DNA of 57,381 nt from the NCBI GenBank assembly GCA_000934665.2, contig KZ539334.1, forward strand, positions 1 to 57,381. The letters are read 5' to 3'. Below the pieces are notes generated by a model. That model was not told the DNA's origin and made no database searches. It worked only from the letters and a program-made list of their open reading frames with translations. Shown here piece by piece: positions 1 to 14,300 of this stretch. This stretch comes from Catajapyx aquilonaris (taxonomy: Eukaryota). The position numbers and the translations under genes were made by a program. Every line of letters starts with the position of its first letter. Position 1 is the first letter of the stretch.

Positions 1-157
1 CCACAGGTACTAACAAGTTATCAATTTCAGTAAATTTGATGATTTTTTAGAGGGTGGGTGATTTTTTTAGAGGGTGGGTTCATTGGTCAAAAATGTTTGT
101 TTTGGGGTCCCCTACCCACATTTAAAATTTATGCATGGGGTCTTGTTACACCCTGTA
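1..157. mobile_element. Probable right end of a Tc1/mariner-type non-autonomous element (truncated by window edge)
   Basis: Ends in ACACCCTG-TA (148-157; TA-CAGGGTGT on the minus strand), a common Tc1/mariner terminus. Contains a 19/20-bp tandem duplication GATTTTTT(T)AGAGGGTGGGT at 41-79. Confidence 0.35.
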
Positions 158-1414
158 TAATGCGAGAAAAGTTTAGTTATATATTCTGGTGAAAGTGCTA
201 ATTTTGTACTGCTTTCTAAAGGGAAATACGATTATTAATGATTTTTAAGGAAGAGAACTATATTCTATAATGAACGATTATAAAAACATGCACTATCCAA
301 AGTGCCTATTATGAACATAATTATGTACGTTACACGAAACAAGCACAGGCAAGGATCTCCAAAACAGTTTTCCAATCTAGGAAACAGTACAAAATCGTTA
401 CCACCTATCTTTCCATTTCTTATCATTCAGCGCCACTGTAACAACTTACCCTCTACCTGTAACCTCTACCTAACCTCCACCTGTTACAGAATGCACGCTC
501 TCCTTATACATTATTTTTACAATGCTGTGTTAATTAGATCGAAGTGGGGGAAAAAATAAGACAGAATAAGGTCCAAGGTTCTACCTAATAAAGAGCATTT
601 TTTTTACGAAAGCGACGTGCGCCGTTTAAGAAATAAACTATGCAAAAATTATCAACTGAAAACTGTAACAACTCTTACCTGTCCCATATCCTCTATACGT
701 GTGGGATGTACGAGTATACAGTATAGACCTACTGAAATTTTCTCTCTCTTGCCCGCTAAGCTGTACCACCTCTAGCTCTTATACCAACCTCCACCACATT
801 ATGATATAATCCAACTCGAACGCGATAACTAAAGGCACACATAATTATTTTCACAAAAACGTAAGTTGTAATAACTTACGCGTCATCATTTCCGAGGTAC
901 TCTACCGTAGTGCATTGTGTAAAATGCATGACATATCACATATGACAACACTACCTCTTGGCTAGCTTCTTATCACCCTCACTTACAGAATTTGGGTTTC
1001 CGTAGGAAGTGGCAATTCTATCAAATAGGTTCCCCGTATCAGTTCACCCGATAGATTTTGACCCACTGACATATTAGTCCGACATACAAACTCGTCTGCC
1101 GTGCATATTTGCCGTACATTATGTCATCAGTTTCAGTTTTCGATTCTATATCAACAATAAAAAGTAGTAGGCCTAGCTTGTAATAATATATGACGAATAT
1201 GCGGGCGAAGATGGACGGCTGGCGAATTGGTATAAATTATAAATGCGTATACCGTAATATAAAATAATAATGCTAGCAAAAATTCGGCTTTTTAGCTATT
1301 CTTAGTCTAGAAAATATTAGGTTACTTGTACGTAGCTTGTAGCCATCACCGTTGCTATTCTATTGCTCCACAAGGGAAAGGATAAGCAGTAGGCCCTAAT
1401 TTTCGATTAGAGGG

Positions 1415-1489
1415 GGTGATCCGTGTACACCTTCGATGGTGATCCGATGGTGATCCGCGGTAATCCGGTTGGTGATCCAGTGTACACTT
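1415..1489. repeat. Short degenerate tandem repeat of GGTGATCC, bounded by GTGTACAC copies
   Basis: ggtgatccgtgtacacc...ggtgatccgatggtgatccgcggtaatccggttggtgatccagtgtacact. Confidence 0.6.
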
Positions 1490-2133
1490 TTGTGAGGAGT
1501 GAATACCCCATTGTTTCGATTGCTATGAGTAACCAAATTCTTTACTACAGTTATTCTAAATCAGCTAAATTTTTAAATACACGTAAATGTTTCTTCTTCA
1601 TTTGATCACTCCGTATACAGTTTGGGCCTCAGATTGTACAGTACAGTTATTGATTTGTTAAAACAAGTAGCTATATTGAATTTATTATCATCTACAAAAA
1701 TAAACCCGATATTTTGTTGATCTTTTATAAAAGTTACAATTCTATAGTATTTTCCCCCCATATGCTAATAATTTCTATTGTTTAAAACGTCTCTTTGCCC
1801 AGTTCGAACCCGTCGACACCGACTAGCTTGCGTCGTCCACCTGCATAATTTTTAATAGCCAGCAAGTCATCACACAAAGTAGCTATTAATTAAGCCCATA
1901 CCCAAAGTGCATCATGCAACGCCATTTTTACTGCACCCCTGCATCCAATCATCAAAGGCAACAATTTTTAGTCCCACTTGCCACTGGTCCTTTAGAAAAA
2001 GAAAAAAAAAACTACAGTACAGTTAAACACTTCTTGAAGCATCTAATGCGGATATGCCCCGCTGAGAGGTGGGTAGCGCTGGAGAGAGGTGGAGCTTAGG
2101 ATTGGGGGGGTGCTCCTAGCTCCTGCCATATAG

Positions 2134-2168
2134 TCAGTCCGCCAGCAGGAGGCGAGTCGTTCACACGC
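2134..2168 (+). promoter_or_regulatory. Putative TATA-less Inr+DPE core promoter of Ryk (TSS about 2136)
   Basis: Arthropod initiator TCAGTC at 2134-2139. G at +24 (2159) and ACACGC at +28..+33 (2163-2168) fit the loose DPE consensus DSWYVY at the required spacing, 125 nt upstream of the ATG. Confidence 0.55.
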
Positions 2169-2200
2169 ATCCAACCCACGCTCCACTTCCATCAACAGCC

Positions 2201-2236
2201 ATGTGTTTTTGGTGACATCCGGAGTTCAAGATGTGA
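2201..2236 (+). promoter_or_regulatory. Two upstream ORFs in the predicted Ryk 5' UTR
   Basis: gccATG TGT TTT TGG TGA (2201-2215, MCFW*) and aagATG TGA (2231-2236, start-stop). Depends on the inferred TSS. Confidence 0.5.
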
Positions 2237-2260
2237 ACGGCCTGTGGCTACCAGTGAACT

Positions 2261-2372
2261 ATGGGATTCACACGGTTATGGTGGGGGGTGTTGTGGACAG
2301 TGATGTGTTGGAGACATGTGGCTGGAAGTCTGAATTTGTTTCTGAACCAGGCTGAAGTCCGGCGGCTCTTAG
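2261..2372 (+). CDS. Ryk: Ryk exon 1 (coding part): signal peptide and start of WIF domain
   Basis: MGFTRLWWGVLWTVMCWRHVAGSLNLFLNQAEVRRLL(G). LNLFL...EVRRLLG is the typical Ryk/Drl WIF start. Donor AG|GTAAGT, phase 1, matches the next exon. Confidence 0.9.
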
Positions 2373-5300
2373 GTAAGTTGTGAGGTTACTGACACCTTGC
2401 CACCTTCATTGAGAGGGGTATCCTCAAAAACATGGGGTTGGATCTTCTTGTCAGCGCCATGATTTAGTGAGCCGCCAGATTAGCGGTTTCGCGCTCAACA
2501 ACCCCCCTTCCCTAGAGAACAAGATGAGTGTTTTAAAAAAAAATGTGGGATGAAAAATAGACCACAACGTCCTTGATCTGAACCACGTAGTCAGATATTG
2601 CAAACCAGCACACTAAATTCACTCCAGAAAAAAATAAAATGTCATCCATCAAGTAGTATCGTTGACACCGGTTGACACGAGCGCTCCAGTTTTTTCTATG
2701 CGAAAGTGTCCTTTTATGAGCGAATAATCGACCTGGACTTTATTACACCTGATTCCTACAAGTATGTGGCATTGATTAGTTTCTAGGACCGTCCAGGCGG
2801 CAAACGGCTTTAACACGGCCATTTTTCATCCAAACTCTTTTGAAACAGCAACAACAACAAAAAAAACGTGGTTTAAAAAGGTAAGCGCCGGATGTATGCT
2901 ATACTTGGCCGGCATATTGCTTATCTCCTTGTTAGGTTTTGTAATTAGTTTCACGGATGTGGCCTCCGGGCCCGGCTGCATTTGTTTGGTTGCTGGACCA
3001 TGCCAAGCGGAATTCTCTTCGGATAATTAGTATTACAAGAGTGCATAGAAAGATGTTCGATTGTTGTCAACAATGAAGCTGTGGTGCAATTGAGCAAAAA
3101 TATTGGTCGAATTATGTAACCAGACTGGACCCATCCGTCAAACTGTGATTGGCCAAAATTGCGTGCCGACAGTGTGTGGATTTTTCCCTTCAACCGCAAA
3201 ACAATTGTTGCATCCCACCTCATTATCTACTATGCGATGGCCACGGACCGTAAAAGGCGAAGGTCCTGTCAGGAGTTTCTTTTTCCCCTGCAAAGTTAAC
3301 ACGTCCCGCATGCCTTGTTGGAGCCTTATAATTAATTTTAATAGAATGTGAAACGGCGCTGAAACCTCTTTCCATCCCTTCATTTACCTGAGTTTTTTTT
3401 TAATGCAATTCGCGGTGCAATTTGTCACCAGGGCGTAATTCCTCTTCCATGGTGGGAACCTAACGTTGAGATAGTCTCATTATCCGAGCTGGCTTTGAAA
3501 TGGCGGTGCGTTTGTTATAGGGGCCCTCTCTTACCTTTCTTGGATATCTTCCGAGCGTCTTGGAAAAACATGAGAGTAAACTTAAGGTGGATGGCATGTG
3601 TCATTCGCGGGATGATAACTCGTCCAGTGTTGAGACACCCAGAATGTCAAACTTCACGATCAATCTTCTTCGAGGGGGTGGGATAGCTAGAGAGGAGGTG
3701 GAGGAAGTCATCCTTGGAAGCATTTATCTACAACCTGTCTGAAAATTCCATTTTGGTTGGCATTGGACTTATCTATACGGCTCCAGACGGGCCAACACTT
3801 TGAACGACATTGTTGCCAAACTCACTCCAACTTTGAGAAGTACTGCCCGTTTTCATCAAGATGGAGGCCCCCAGGTTGAGTAATGAAGGTCCGGAGGAGA
3901 TGCAACCCCCATTTGGCCGATAACATCGAGAAGAGCCCGGGTTATAAATTATGCAAATGCCGTCTCCTCCTTGGCAATTAAGTCGGACAGGAAAGAACAT
4001 TATTTCCATCCCTCCTTGCACACACTTGTCAGCATCTATTGGGTCAGTTCGAGGTGTACCTGCAAGGTGGGGCCTCCTCCGAAATGATGGGGTTCGCAAT
4101 CTACGTCGTGAGCCTGCGGTGCTTTTGCGGCTTTTTTTTTGCCAGGTACAGTACATATTTACATCATGGAGCGTTATTCATAAAGTAGCTGAAAATTATT
4201 TCATTCGTCTCATAATTTTTATAAAAATTATACGTCTCAAAAAATATTAGATTCGCTTCATATTCGGGAAAATAATTTGATTCATCTCAAATTATTTTCG
4301 CTCCAAATTCGGAAAAAAAAGTAATTTGATTCGTCTCATAATCTGGAAAAATATTCGATTCGCCCTTTTTCCGACGAATTGTCTCCATCTGGTTCGTTTC
4401 CCTTCCGGATTCATGTGAAAATCCGGGCGTATTTCTTTGTCCTTTTTTCCCTCTTCCCCTACTCAGGACAAGGAAGTTTTCGGGGGTGGGCCAAAAGTAA
4501 GCAAACAGGAAGAGGAAGCCCTCCTTAAAAAGTTCTAATCCGAAGAAGGGCCTGGTGCTTCAACAGCTTGTGAAGCTCACACACAACTTCACTCCATCCC
4601 AACTAATTGGGAAATTGACTTGACGCATTTGGCCAATTGCCTCGGATTGCTCCCCGGAGTGGCAAACACTAACTTTTTATTACGTTTCACGGCTTTGGCA
4701 CCGGAAGAGGAAGAAAAAGAAGAAGAAGAAGAAGAAGAAGAAAAAAAATTGTACGAAAGAGTTAACTTTCAGAAGGAAGGTTCCCTAGTCAATCTGGGCT
4801 CGGGATTATACGGCTTTTCTCCGTTTATTGAGCCTCCAGGGAGGTGCTTCTAGGAGGTGGGGTGATAAACTTTTGTTTTTCTTTGCGTGACGTACCGTTT
4901 TGGTTACACCACCTGCCAGGCAGCCACGTAAATTGCCCGCCGGAATTCGACAGCTCCAAGTTTATCTGCGGCAACAGCCATTCCAGCATTTAAGGGAGGG
5001 GAAAACCGAGTTTTTCCCACTCTTCGGAAACAATTGCTCCGGCGGCGGAACCTAGGAATGCAATAATCGCGGCGGTTCATGCCGAGCCATGGTGGTCGTT
5101 AAAACCATCACAATTGCGCTCGAAAAAATGTCGTGACTTCTTTTCCTCTTGGCGGGATAGATGATAGGAGATGCAGTCGTGATCCTCTTTTTCGGAGGGG
5201 GGGATGATCGGAGGGATGCAATTTCCTGGAGCAGATTGCAGGGCTATGTAAGAGGCAGCTATTAAGCCATAGCGATAATTGCAGGCCGTCGGGTAATTAT

Positions 5301-8300
5301 TTACATTTGGCTTGATGGACCTTGTAAGGATGGATCGTCTGTCACGAATAGTTACGTGCCACAGTGTTCAAATAGTGAGTTTATTTTTCCTGATGTTTTG
5401 AGTACATTCTAAATCAGGTTGTTGTGTCAATTTTGACAGTCTTACTTTAATTTTTTTAAAGACTAATTTGTGCTAAATCTACGCTTCTTCTAACCCAACC
5501 ATCAGTAGATATCACTTACATTTGGGCTCAAATTCGTGCCAAAAATCCAACCCGGCACCCATCCAGATCTCATCCTATGCAAAGTCTGCCAAATGTTTCG
5601 TCTTGTCCCGAGTGCGCAATCAGCCTAATCCAACCAACAAATCCTAATGCACTTTTCCCCCTCTCTTTGAAAACGAGTTGTAAAAACAAATGATGTCCTG
5701 ATGCCACTTGATGGGACTTTATTAGTGGACTTCTTGGATGCTTTGGCACCCACTCTGAACAAGTAAATACGACGGATTGAAAGCGCGCGCTTGCCTTCCA
5801 GGAATATTTTTTTCCCCCTACTCCCTGTTTCTCCCCCCTACTCCCCTCTCCAGCCCATCCTCCAACCAATTAGAGTAGGATGTAAAAAACCACTCTGCTT
5901 GATTATTCCGCATTAACTGGTCCAGGCTGCCAGTCAGTTCAGGCCAACAGACAAACAAGGATTTGAAGAAGAAGGTGGAGGTGTAGAACCGCCCATCATA
6001 TACACACACAAAAAAACAGCCCAATTTACTCTTCAGGATTTTGGACGTTTTTGGCTTTTCACCCTCGAATGTGTTTTAGTTTGCTGGCATAAGTCCACGT
6101 GCTCCTTGCCAATAAAGGTTTTATCTGCATCGGGCTCTAATTTACTGTTAATGTTCCAGATAACCAGGTAATGTTCCCCCTCTCTTTTTTTTTTGGCAAT
6201 GTCTTCCTCACCCTGAAGGCATTAGCAAAAGAACCGATACCATCTGCGGTGTAATTACACGTCTTGCCGTATCTGTTTTCCCCCAGTCCTATTCCAAAAA
6301 CAATGCTAGCAGTCCTCCATATATGCGAACAGGTTTGGAGGGATTTGTAATTTTCCTCTCATCGGCTTGTTGTCTCTTTCGTGTGTGACTGACACTCGTG
6401 ATTATCGAACTTGTGAGGAATGGTAATCCAAGTAATTTGGCTGAGGGTTCTGGTTTTCACTGGACCCCACCCTTTGGCCCCCAGGCACTGCACGATTTTC
6501 AGTTTTTTTTTTTTTTTCGGGGGTGGAAGAGAGCCGATAACGGAAGAGGGTACGGCACAGGGTCATACCAGGTGCTAGACATCCCCATGCAAAAATCTGG
6601 CCAATTCATGTCCAGCATTATTTTTTGGGCCCAACGTTGATTGCTCAGTTGTCACTACATAAATCAGTTAGTAATCGCTTCAGTGGAGCGAGTCCTCGTC
6701 ATCCCCCAAAAAAGCGGGTTTTGATCGCCAACAAAACGTGCATACCTGCTTTGATTTTCACATCACATCATAGTGGACAGGAAATCATTGAGCCCGACAA
6801 GCGCACTCTGCTTTCACATTGCACACTAAATTACAGGGGCCACCCAACCCTCCATCCCACCCCAAACAACCTACCACACTGTTGTCACACTGACACGTGT
6901 ACCTTGCCATGTTCAGAGTGGGGGGGAGGGGGGAGGGACTGGGCTTTGGGTGACGGATGATGAAAAATCACATGGCGCGCACTTCCTGGATCAAACGGGG
7001 AAGAATTAGCAATTCAGCTGTCAGTTTGACCCTTTTTTTTGGAGCAACCCTGCTGGATCGGTGTGCTTATGCAGATTGTAACAGTCCGATGAATCAAGGG
7101 GGAGCAAAAAGTTGACTCCAAATTTGCATATTTCCCAGCCTGCACTGTTTGATCATCAAATACTGGCCAACGATATTGGGTATGACAAAGACCCTAGTTT
7201 AGCACAATTTTTGCAAGCCCCTCAAACTTACATAATTTATCAACGGGTTTTCCCAATGTTTCTCATAAAATATTAACCACCATGGAGTCCAACTGTGGTG
7301 AAACATACGAAGCCGATTGAGACGTACCCACCGCACTAAATCCGCTAATAACCCCTTGCCAAAAATGGCCTAACCCTCCCTTCAGAAAATTTTGGACCAA
7401 GGGAAAAAGACGGTCCCCTGAGCAAGGGGGGGTAGCTTTGGAAAATTATGGGACAGTGATGAATTTACGATGGAGAGCTAATTGGGCCCTATTGATGCTT
7501 GGTGGGGCATGACAGAAGGGAGAGACCCGCCTTGTGTGACCCCGCGGATGATGTCCCAATTCAGACATGAATTATTGATGTCACTTTTACCCGCTCGCCC
7601 CCGCCACCACATACCCAGCTGTAGAAACCGATGACCGCATTGTTGAGACGGACCGAAAATGGCGAGCATGAAGAATTCAGTACCCTCCCGCAATCAGACA
7701 TTTTCGGTTTAATGTTGTGTACGAGTCCTTCGAGATCATGCTAATGGGAGTTATTGGGCTCCGGAGAAAGACCAAGGGAAGGAAGGGCTATAATTGTCAC
7801 AGGGATATATTTGCCAATGATTTTACCCCCTCTTAATTTACACGACGTGTTGGGAATGATGGGCGACGCGGTACGACAGATTTACTGCGGTGCAATGTGG
7901 GGAACTTTACGATGCTCTAGGGACGTTAGCAGTTGGCTGTGCTTTCGCCGCTTTTTTTTACTAATATATTAATTGGCTAGCATATTTTAATGCGTGTGTC
8001 CGGCCCAATATTAATTATTTAATCAAATCCAGAAGCAATTTAAGCGCTTGATGTTACTGGTGGTGTTCATTAGTCATGGCCGCGTTTTGAAACAGCGGTC
8101 CAGCTATCAAGGTCCTTTCGGCGAATGGGCGGAGGTCAATTTATATTCGGCCAGCCCATTGACAACAGTACAGCAATTTTTAAAGCGATCCCCGCAACAG
8201 ATACTAATGCGCAACCAGATCAATTCATTACGGCAACATAATTGGTCTCAAGGGCCCCAATTGTTTTTGCAACCGCAATCCTGCTCGAATGGCCATTTAA

Positions 8301-11300
8301 ACAGCGAACATGCATTTCTACGGACTGGAACATGGGGGGGCCGGATACGCGCAGAAATGCCCATCCTCATTTACAAAGGGGGTGAGTTACACCCCACCTA
8401 TTTGCATATCAATTAAGGGGGCAGTCAGTTGTGTTCATATTTTTATCCAATACGAAGGATGAGGCAGTGACAGTACGATGGTTTTTAAAAAAATGTTGCC
8501 CTGGAGCCCACGTTGGCGCGGCCATCCAGTTAACGAGCAGCATGACGTATGGGCCGAACGTGCAGGAGCCCACCCCTCCAGACCATTGTTCCAAGGAGCA
8601 CTTTTTTTTTACACAGTTGGATAGTGTGTGTGGGCCATCCTGAGCTCACACCCCTGAAGAATCCCGAGCAAAAGGGGGGTGGCACAAACATTGGTGTCTT
8701 CTGGGGGTCGACCGCCCCCGCCTTTTTATTGCCCACTACCTTCCTGGCGCAATTTCCAGCCAGGTTGCCTTTTGTCCCGCGGGGAAGGCTTTTCCACGCG
8801 ACAAATGGACGAGGAGATAATGAAAGGGAAGCCTCTGAGTGTCGGGCTTATGGCTTTACAAGGAGCTGCCGAGAAATTCTCCCCAGCCCTTTATGGGTGT
8901 TCCGTGTTGATGTATCTGCGACCTGGATCGACCTTGGCGTGGGAAATTCCTCTGCTCCCCCGTCGCGTTATTATTGCGAAGAACGATATCGTTACATCCT
9001 CGTTTTTTGAGCTCTAATTACGAGTGATTAAATAGTCGACGGATATCTAGAGTGCGACAAAGCGACACGCGTGCGACATCAGTAGTATCTTTTGTAGTGT
9101 TTCAGAATTTAGTACAGTACATTTCTCATGCTATCCGGATGAGTTTCTACCGTTAATGAGACAGGTACGTCAACGGTTGTCAAGGTGAAGAGCTGTCGTG
9201 GCACATTCCTTCATTAAGGAATACTTTTAAAACCGGATGAAAGGGAGCTTTGCAAGGGGATTTTGGGTGGGGAGGATAGGAAAAAAGAAGTTCATTAAAA
9301 CCAAACAAAACTGATTGTCTGGAAGCTGTACCAAAGTTTGACATCGTAATCCTCCTGCTCATGCAAGTTTCAGCAATTAGCCTTCAATCCAGCTCTGTTT
9401 GATCCTAGAGCGATCACTTTCCCAGCCTATTTCCAGCCCCCCGTTGCATGGTCGCGTCCTGAGAACACGGAAACCCAATAACAAATGTCACGGTATTTCC
9501 AGTCTGAGTTACGGGCTCCATTCCCGTTTCCCTCGGTGGTGTTCTATAGCGGACTTAAAAGGACCACAATTCCTCCTCCACCTACCTTTCCCTCCAGCCA
9601 GGAAAGCCAATCCGGAGGCCTCTTAAACGGGAGCACCTTTGATCTATGGGGAAAGGCCCGGAGACTCGGACCTTTTCTTAGGGCCAGTTTAAACAGCTTT
9701 TGGCGCGTCGGAGGGAAGAGGAACATTCGGGGATGGAGTTGTTAAGTCTCACGGCAGGGAGTCTGAAGGGCTGTGGTCTGAAGGGATGAAGAGAAAAGGC
9801 GCTTAACTTTCTAGAGAAGGTTTCGTTATTTTTTTACGCCCTTTTTTGGAGAACGGGAAAAAAGATTTGGAAGCATGGCCGGATATCATAGTTGAAATAA
9901 ATTTTTTGGATGGGGTGGACTAGGGTTGTGTGGACCCGTAACCCAAGCCTATTTTCTGCCCAGTTAGGTCCCCCTTGTTGGGGAGGTGTGAAACCGTGGA
10001 AAGCGATTTGAGACGGTTGTCGTTGCCAGCTATACAGTTCGACGACCATATTTACTCCCCTGGTTTTTTTGCTGGGCTGGGTGGTATAAATATTCATTAT
10101 CGCTTAATTAATTATTTCCAGACTCAATTGGACGTGATACAAAAGGAACGTGTCCATTTGCTCCAAAACGGATTAACAAAATTGGACCATCAGCACATCC
10201 ACGCCCTGAATTTATCGCTCGGAATGATTCATTGCGTGCGGTGCTTATTTCACCACAGGCCAGGCCCGGGTGGTCACTCGGCTTCGAATCCAAATCCGCA
10301 AACAATTCAACACTGTACAGAGGGGCTAGGGCATTTTTGACCTCATCACGGGTCATTTGTCCTTTCGAGACGAAAAGCTTGTCAGTTAGCGTGTGAAATT
10401 GGATGCTTGGAAAATAAACTCTGGGGAAGGAGCTCTGGGAGAATAAGAGGAATGGAGAGAGGGGATTAGAGGCAAGCCCTAGGATTCAGAGGGCCATAGG
10501 GTGCGGTTTTGGGGGGCCGGCTTATAGGCAGGAGAGGTATTTTTCCTACGGCCTTTCTTTCGCTCATTGTCCCGAGGAAACTTTTTTTCTTCTTCTTTTG
10601 ATAACTGGCCACAGGAAATGCACGGCTGGGTAGCCATTTTTCATCCGGACACGTCATTTAGCATGCTGAAGAGCCATACGTATAGCGCCATGTCTTAATT
10701 ATACAGTGGGGGCCGATGACTGATGCAAAGAGCGATTTCAGCCCTGATTGTTCAGATTGGTGGAATATGGTGGTGGAACATGGACGGTCCTGGGAATACT
10801 GGGAGCGGTCGTCTCCATGGGGAACCCCCGGTATTGAGAAACCCCCGAGAACCTCCTGTGGCTTCCGGATGGCAGCTGCTCCCGTTGCCAGAGGGAGTGT
10901 TTCTTCGGCTAGGAAAACACCCCCCTCGGAGACCCCAGTTACAATTCAATCCACAGGGCCTTTTTGACTTTAGGCTTGCTTTTTGTTGGCCTTGGAGGCC
11001 CCCTTGGCGCTGCAGGTGGTGCAGGACACCACGGACCAGGCCTTTTTATGGCGCCTACATTTTACGGACGATTGCGGTCCTCCGTCAGCCGGATCGGAGG
11101 AACACTTCCATTTGCAAACTTTAATGCGACGGGCCTAACGTTACCGTCCTATTAGAGATGAGTGAGGACTAGCCACTTGGGGGATGAGTTTACAGGCCGT
11201 TGTTCAAGTCGGAAAAAAAGTCCGGGTCGTTGACAGGGATGGTCTGTGTTATACAGTGTTACATGTGGGAGCGGGCGGAAATAATAAAGTGAAAGCGGCA

Positions 11301-14300
11301 CCAAGTTGTCGGTTCGTACATTTTTTAGGAGTTTCAGTTTCATGGCAGGTATTTCAACTTTGTTTTTAAATAATGTCAAGCGGATTTTGAGTTTGTAATA
11401 TGGTTCGGAGAAAAGGGCCCAAAGTGCTTGGATTGCCCACTTAATTTTCCATTACAAACCTAATGACACATTAAGCTTATCTGGCATGTACTGTAACCTA
11501 ATGAGACCTAATAATTATTTTACATGGCAGTCGCATTTTCTCTTTTAATAATGCAATAACATATGTGATCACGGTATTGCACTGTAATAAAGCTGTGCGA
11601 CTAGGAAGTGTGAATAGGTATCTAATACATTTCAACGTGTGTCTCGAGAGAGGCGTGTTTCAGTTAAAGCGCAGACTGATTATGACATGGTTAATTGTGG
11701 GTAGTGGTTTCACCTTTGCTAGGATATATTGCACGAACCTTGATTGTCAGTCATATGCAATTTCTCTTGACATGTGTGACGGGAAAGGGAGGTGGGGGGT
11801 TCTCAAGGGAGGCACGAATGATTTTCATACTCTCTTCATTACACTGTCATGACTTTTCTCACAGCTTCTGGGCAGACAAGAGTGTGCAATTTGGCCCTAA
11901 CATGTCTTAAGGGTATAAAAGCAGAAAAATATACTATGCACCGAAAATATTTTATCCTTCAAAAATCGTGACACCCGTGTTCTCAAGAATGCGAAAACTG
12001 AGAGTTGGCTCCGGTTTCAGAAACGTGGATAATTCTAGCCTTGAACTTATACAAAGTAGTGAATTGCTCATCCTCTTCATTTAGTTGTACCTGTATCCTC
12101 CCATGCCATCACGCATTGTTACTTACATGGGAGGGGCCAGGTTCATACCTCCCTGATTACCATACGCGCTTGAAAGAGTAGCCTGAAAAGCTGCGAGACC
12201 AAAAATGAAAGATCTGGGCCCGATGTCGCTCTAGAAGACAATGGGATATAAACTGGGGGCGTCACCTAACACCCATAAAAGGACGCGGAGAGGCAAATTA
12301 CTATGTACGGTAGGACTCTCGTATAATACATCCTCCGCCCTACCCTTTATTTGAAACCAACCAACCCCCCCCCCCCCNCCCCCCTCTCTCTCTCTCTCTC
12401 TCTTCTTCTTCTTCTTCTTCTTCTCAAACCTCCGTTGCACATTTGAAGGCGAAACTCTCCCAGCAGAGACTTCGATGCAAATACGATAGCGCAGGAGAAA
12501 ACCCGTTCATCACCCGCCCAAGTCGAAGCCCACCCCAAGCACGGACCCCGTGCATGTAAACCCGCCATTGTGTGTTAGCTGAAAAGACACACCAGCATGA
12601 CTCATACCAAATAGACTCTACCCCCTGCAGGCCGAACGACAGTAAATATCGGACTGGTAATAAATACCTGTCCAGGGTGTGGAGGGGAAAAACTATACAA
12701 GACCAACTGGGCCATTCCCTTCTTTGGGACCAAACTTGTCTTATGAAGCTTACTGCCACTGCACGTTCTGTTTAAAATTTTTTTTTGGGAACATTCTTGA
12801 AGGTGTTGGCTTACCTGCCAAGCCGTGTTGGCAATGACAAAAAGGCTGGAGCTGGATTTTTCGGGGTCGTTATTTGCAGAGGGGTGGTAAGAGTTTTTTT
12901 TAAAAATCCTCCTGGTCAATCAAGTCCGAGTTTAGCGGCGGCCTTGTGATGGTAATCTTGTCTGTAGCCCTTGTTTTTGTGCGGATAAGAAGGGCGTGGT
13001 TGACATATGGACCAAGGCAGGATATGTGCTGGAAGCCAATCAGAAGTCTCAACTAGAGGCGTCTCGTCCACTATAAAAGTCAATCCCCCAAATTATACGA
13101 CTTGTCGTCTTGATACACTGTGAATTCAACCATGCAGTGAAAATGTTTCCACCGTCTGATAAGACTTGCACAATCAAGGTTGAAACAGCAGGATCGACGT
13201 CTAGAGACGCCTGCTGGAGTTGAGCGCAAGAAGCTCTCAGGAGTGGAACATCTTCTAACCAGAAGAAGAAGAGGGGGGCCAAGTCAACTCGAGCGGAAAG
13301 ACTGTGTTGCTTCAACTTCCCACTTGACTCCCGACTTGATCAGGAGGCAGAGGGGGTGTATTTGCATCACAAAAGATATCCTTGGCACCAAGTTCCTCCA
13401 GCTTATCCTCCGTGGGAGCGTCGCACGAGGAACCTTTAACTCTTTTCTGTGGGCTGACTCCAGATGTTGGTGCAGAATTTTTTTTGGAGGGACTTACTTT
13501 TTGGATTGAAGGTCTCCTTTGCATTTTGCCGTCACATGCTATACGCGGGTCTTATCGCGAATCTACACGTAGTACGCGTATCAGGAAGAGCTGGAAACTC
13601 ATCAGGCTTAATGAAGGCACACCACGCATGTACGAGGAGGGGGAGCTGTCGTGCGTACTGCATGACAAATCCGCGCCTTGCAAATGCATAGGACTGTGTT
13701 GACTATGCAGTTGCATCATTTGTATTTTTTCAAACAAAAAAAATCCCAAGTCCGGTATTGCCTTCATGGAAATGCTATCGCGGATATACCGTGACTCGAA
13801 TGACACCGAATGTACCCCACCGGTCATTCATCAAGACCACACGATGTGTGATGTGAAACGAATAATTTGGGCACTCAGGCGAGGTCCTGCTAATCCGATT
13901 CGTCTCAGTTTCATAGATGGACGACAGGGAATAATGGCCCTGGATGTAAACTCGGCTGCGGCACGCTATATGGGAAAAACGCGGAGGACGTAAATAACGG
14001 GAACAAATGCGCGGTATACAGCATGGCACACACGTATAAGCAGAACGGTGACATCATACGTGGGCCTACACACATCACGCTGCAATCCTGTTGTTGCTGG
14101 GAGAGGGAGGGGCAGATAGCAATCAGACAAAATGACTTGCATAGGGTACTTTGCACACTTATTGCACTTACACATGCAAATATAAGTAATCGACGTCATT
14201 CAAATTGGTGTCACGATGTAATTAAGTGCCGGCCTTATCAGGAAGGTATCCTCATTTTCCTAGCATGTACGTAATGGAACGTTGATAAAATGAACTGGAG

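Noticed and set aside
9975..11380. GC-balanced region with 80-133 aa ORFs
   Set aside because: No motif or exon structure; ORF lengths are compatible with chance.
12560..13830. Cluster of overlapping ORFs on both strands in intron 1 (possible nested gene or retroelement relic)
   Set aside because: Manual translation shows stops in the frames examined, no recognisable domain and no consistent splice-site chain.
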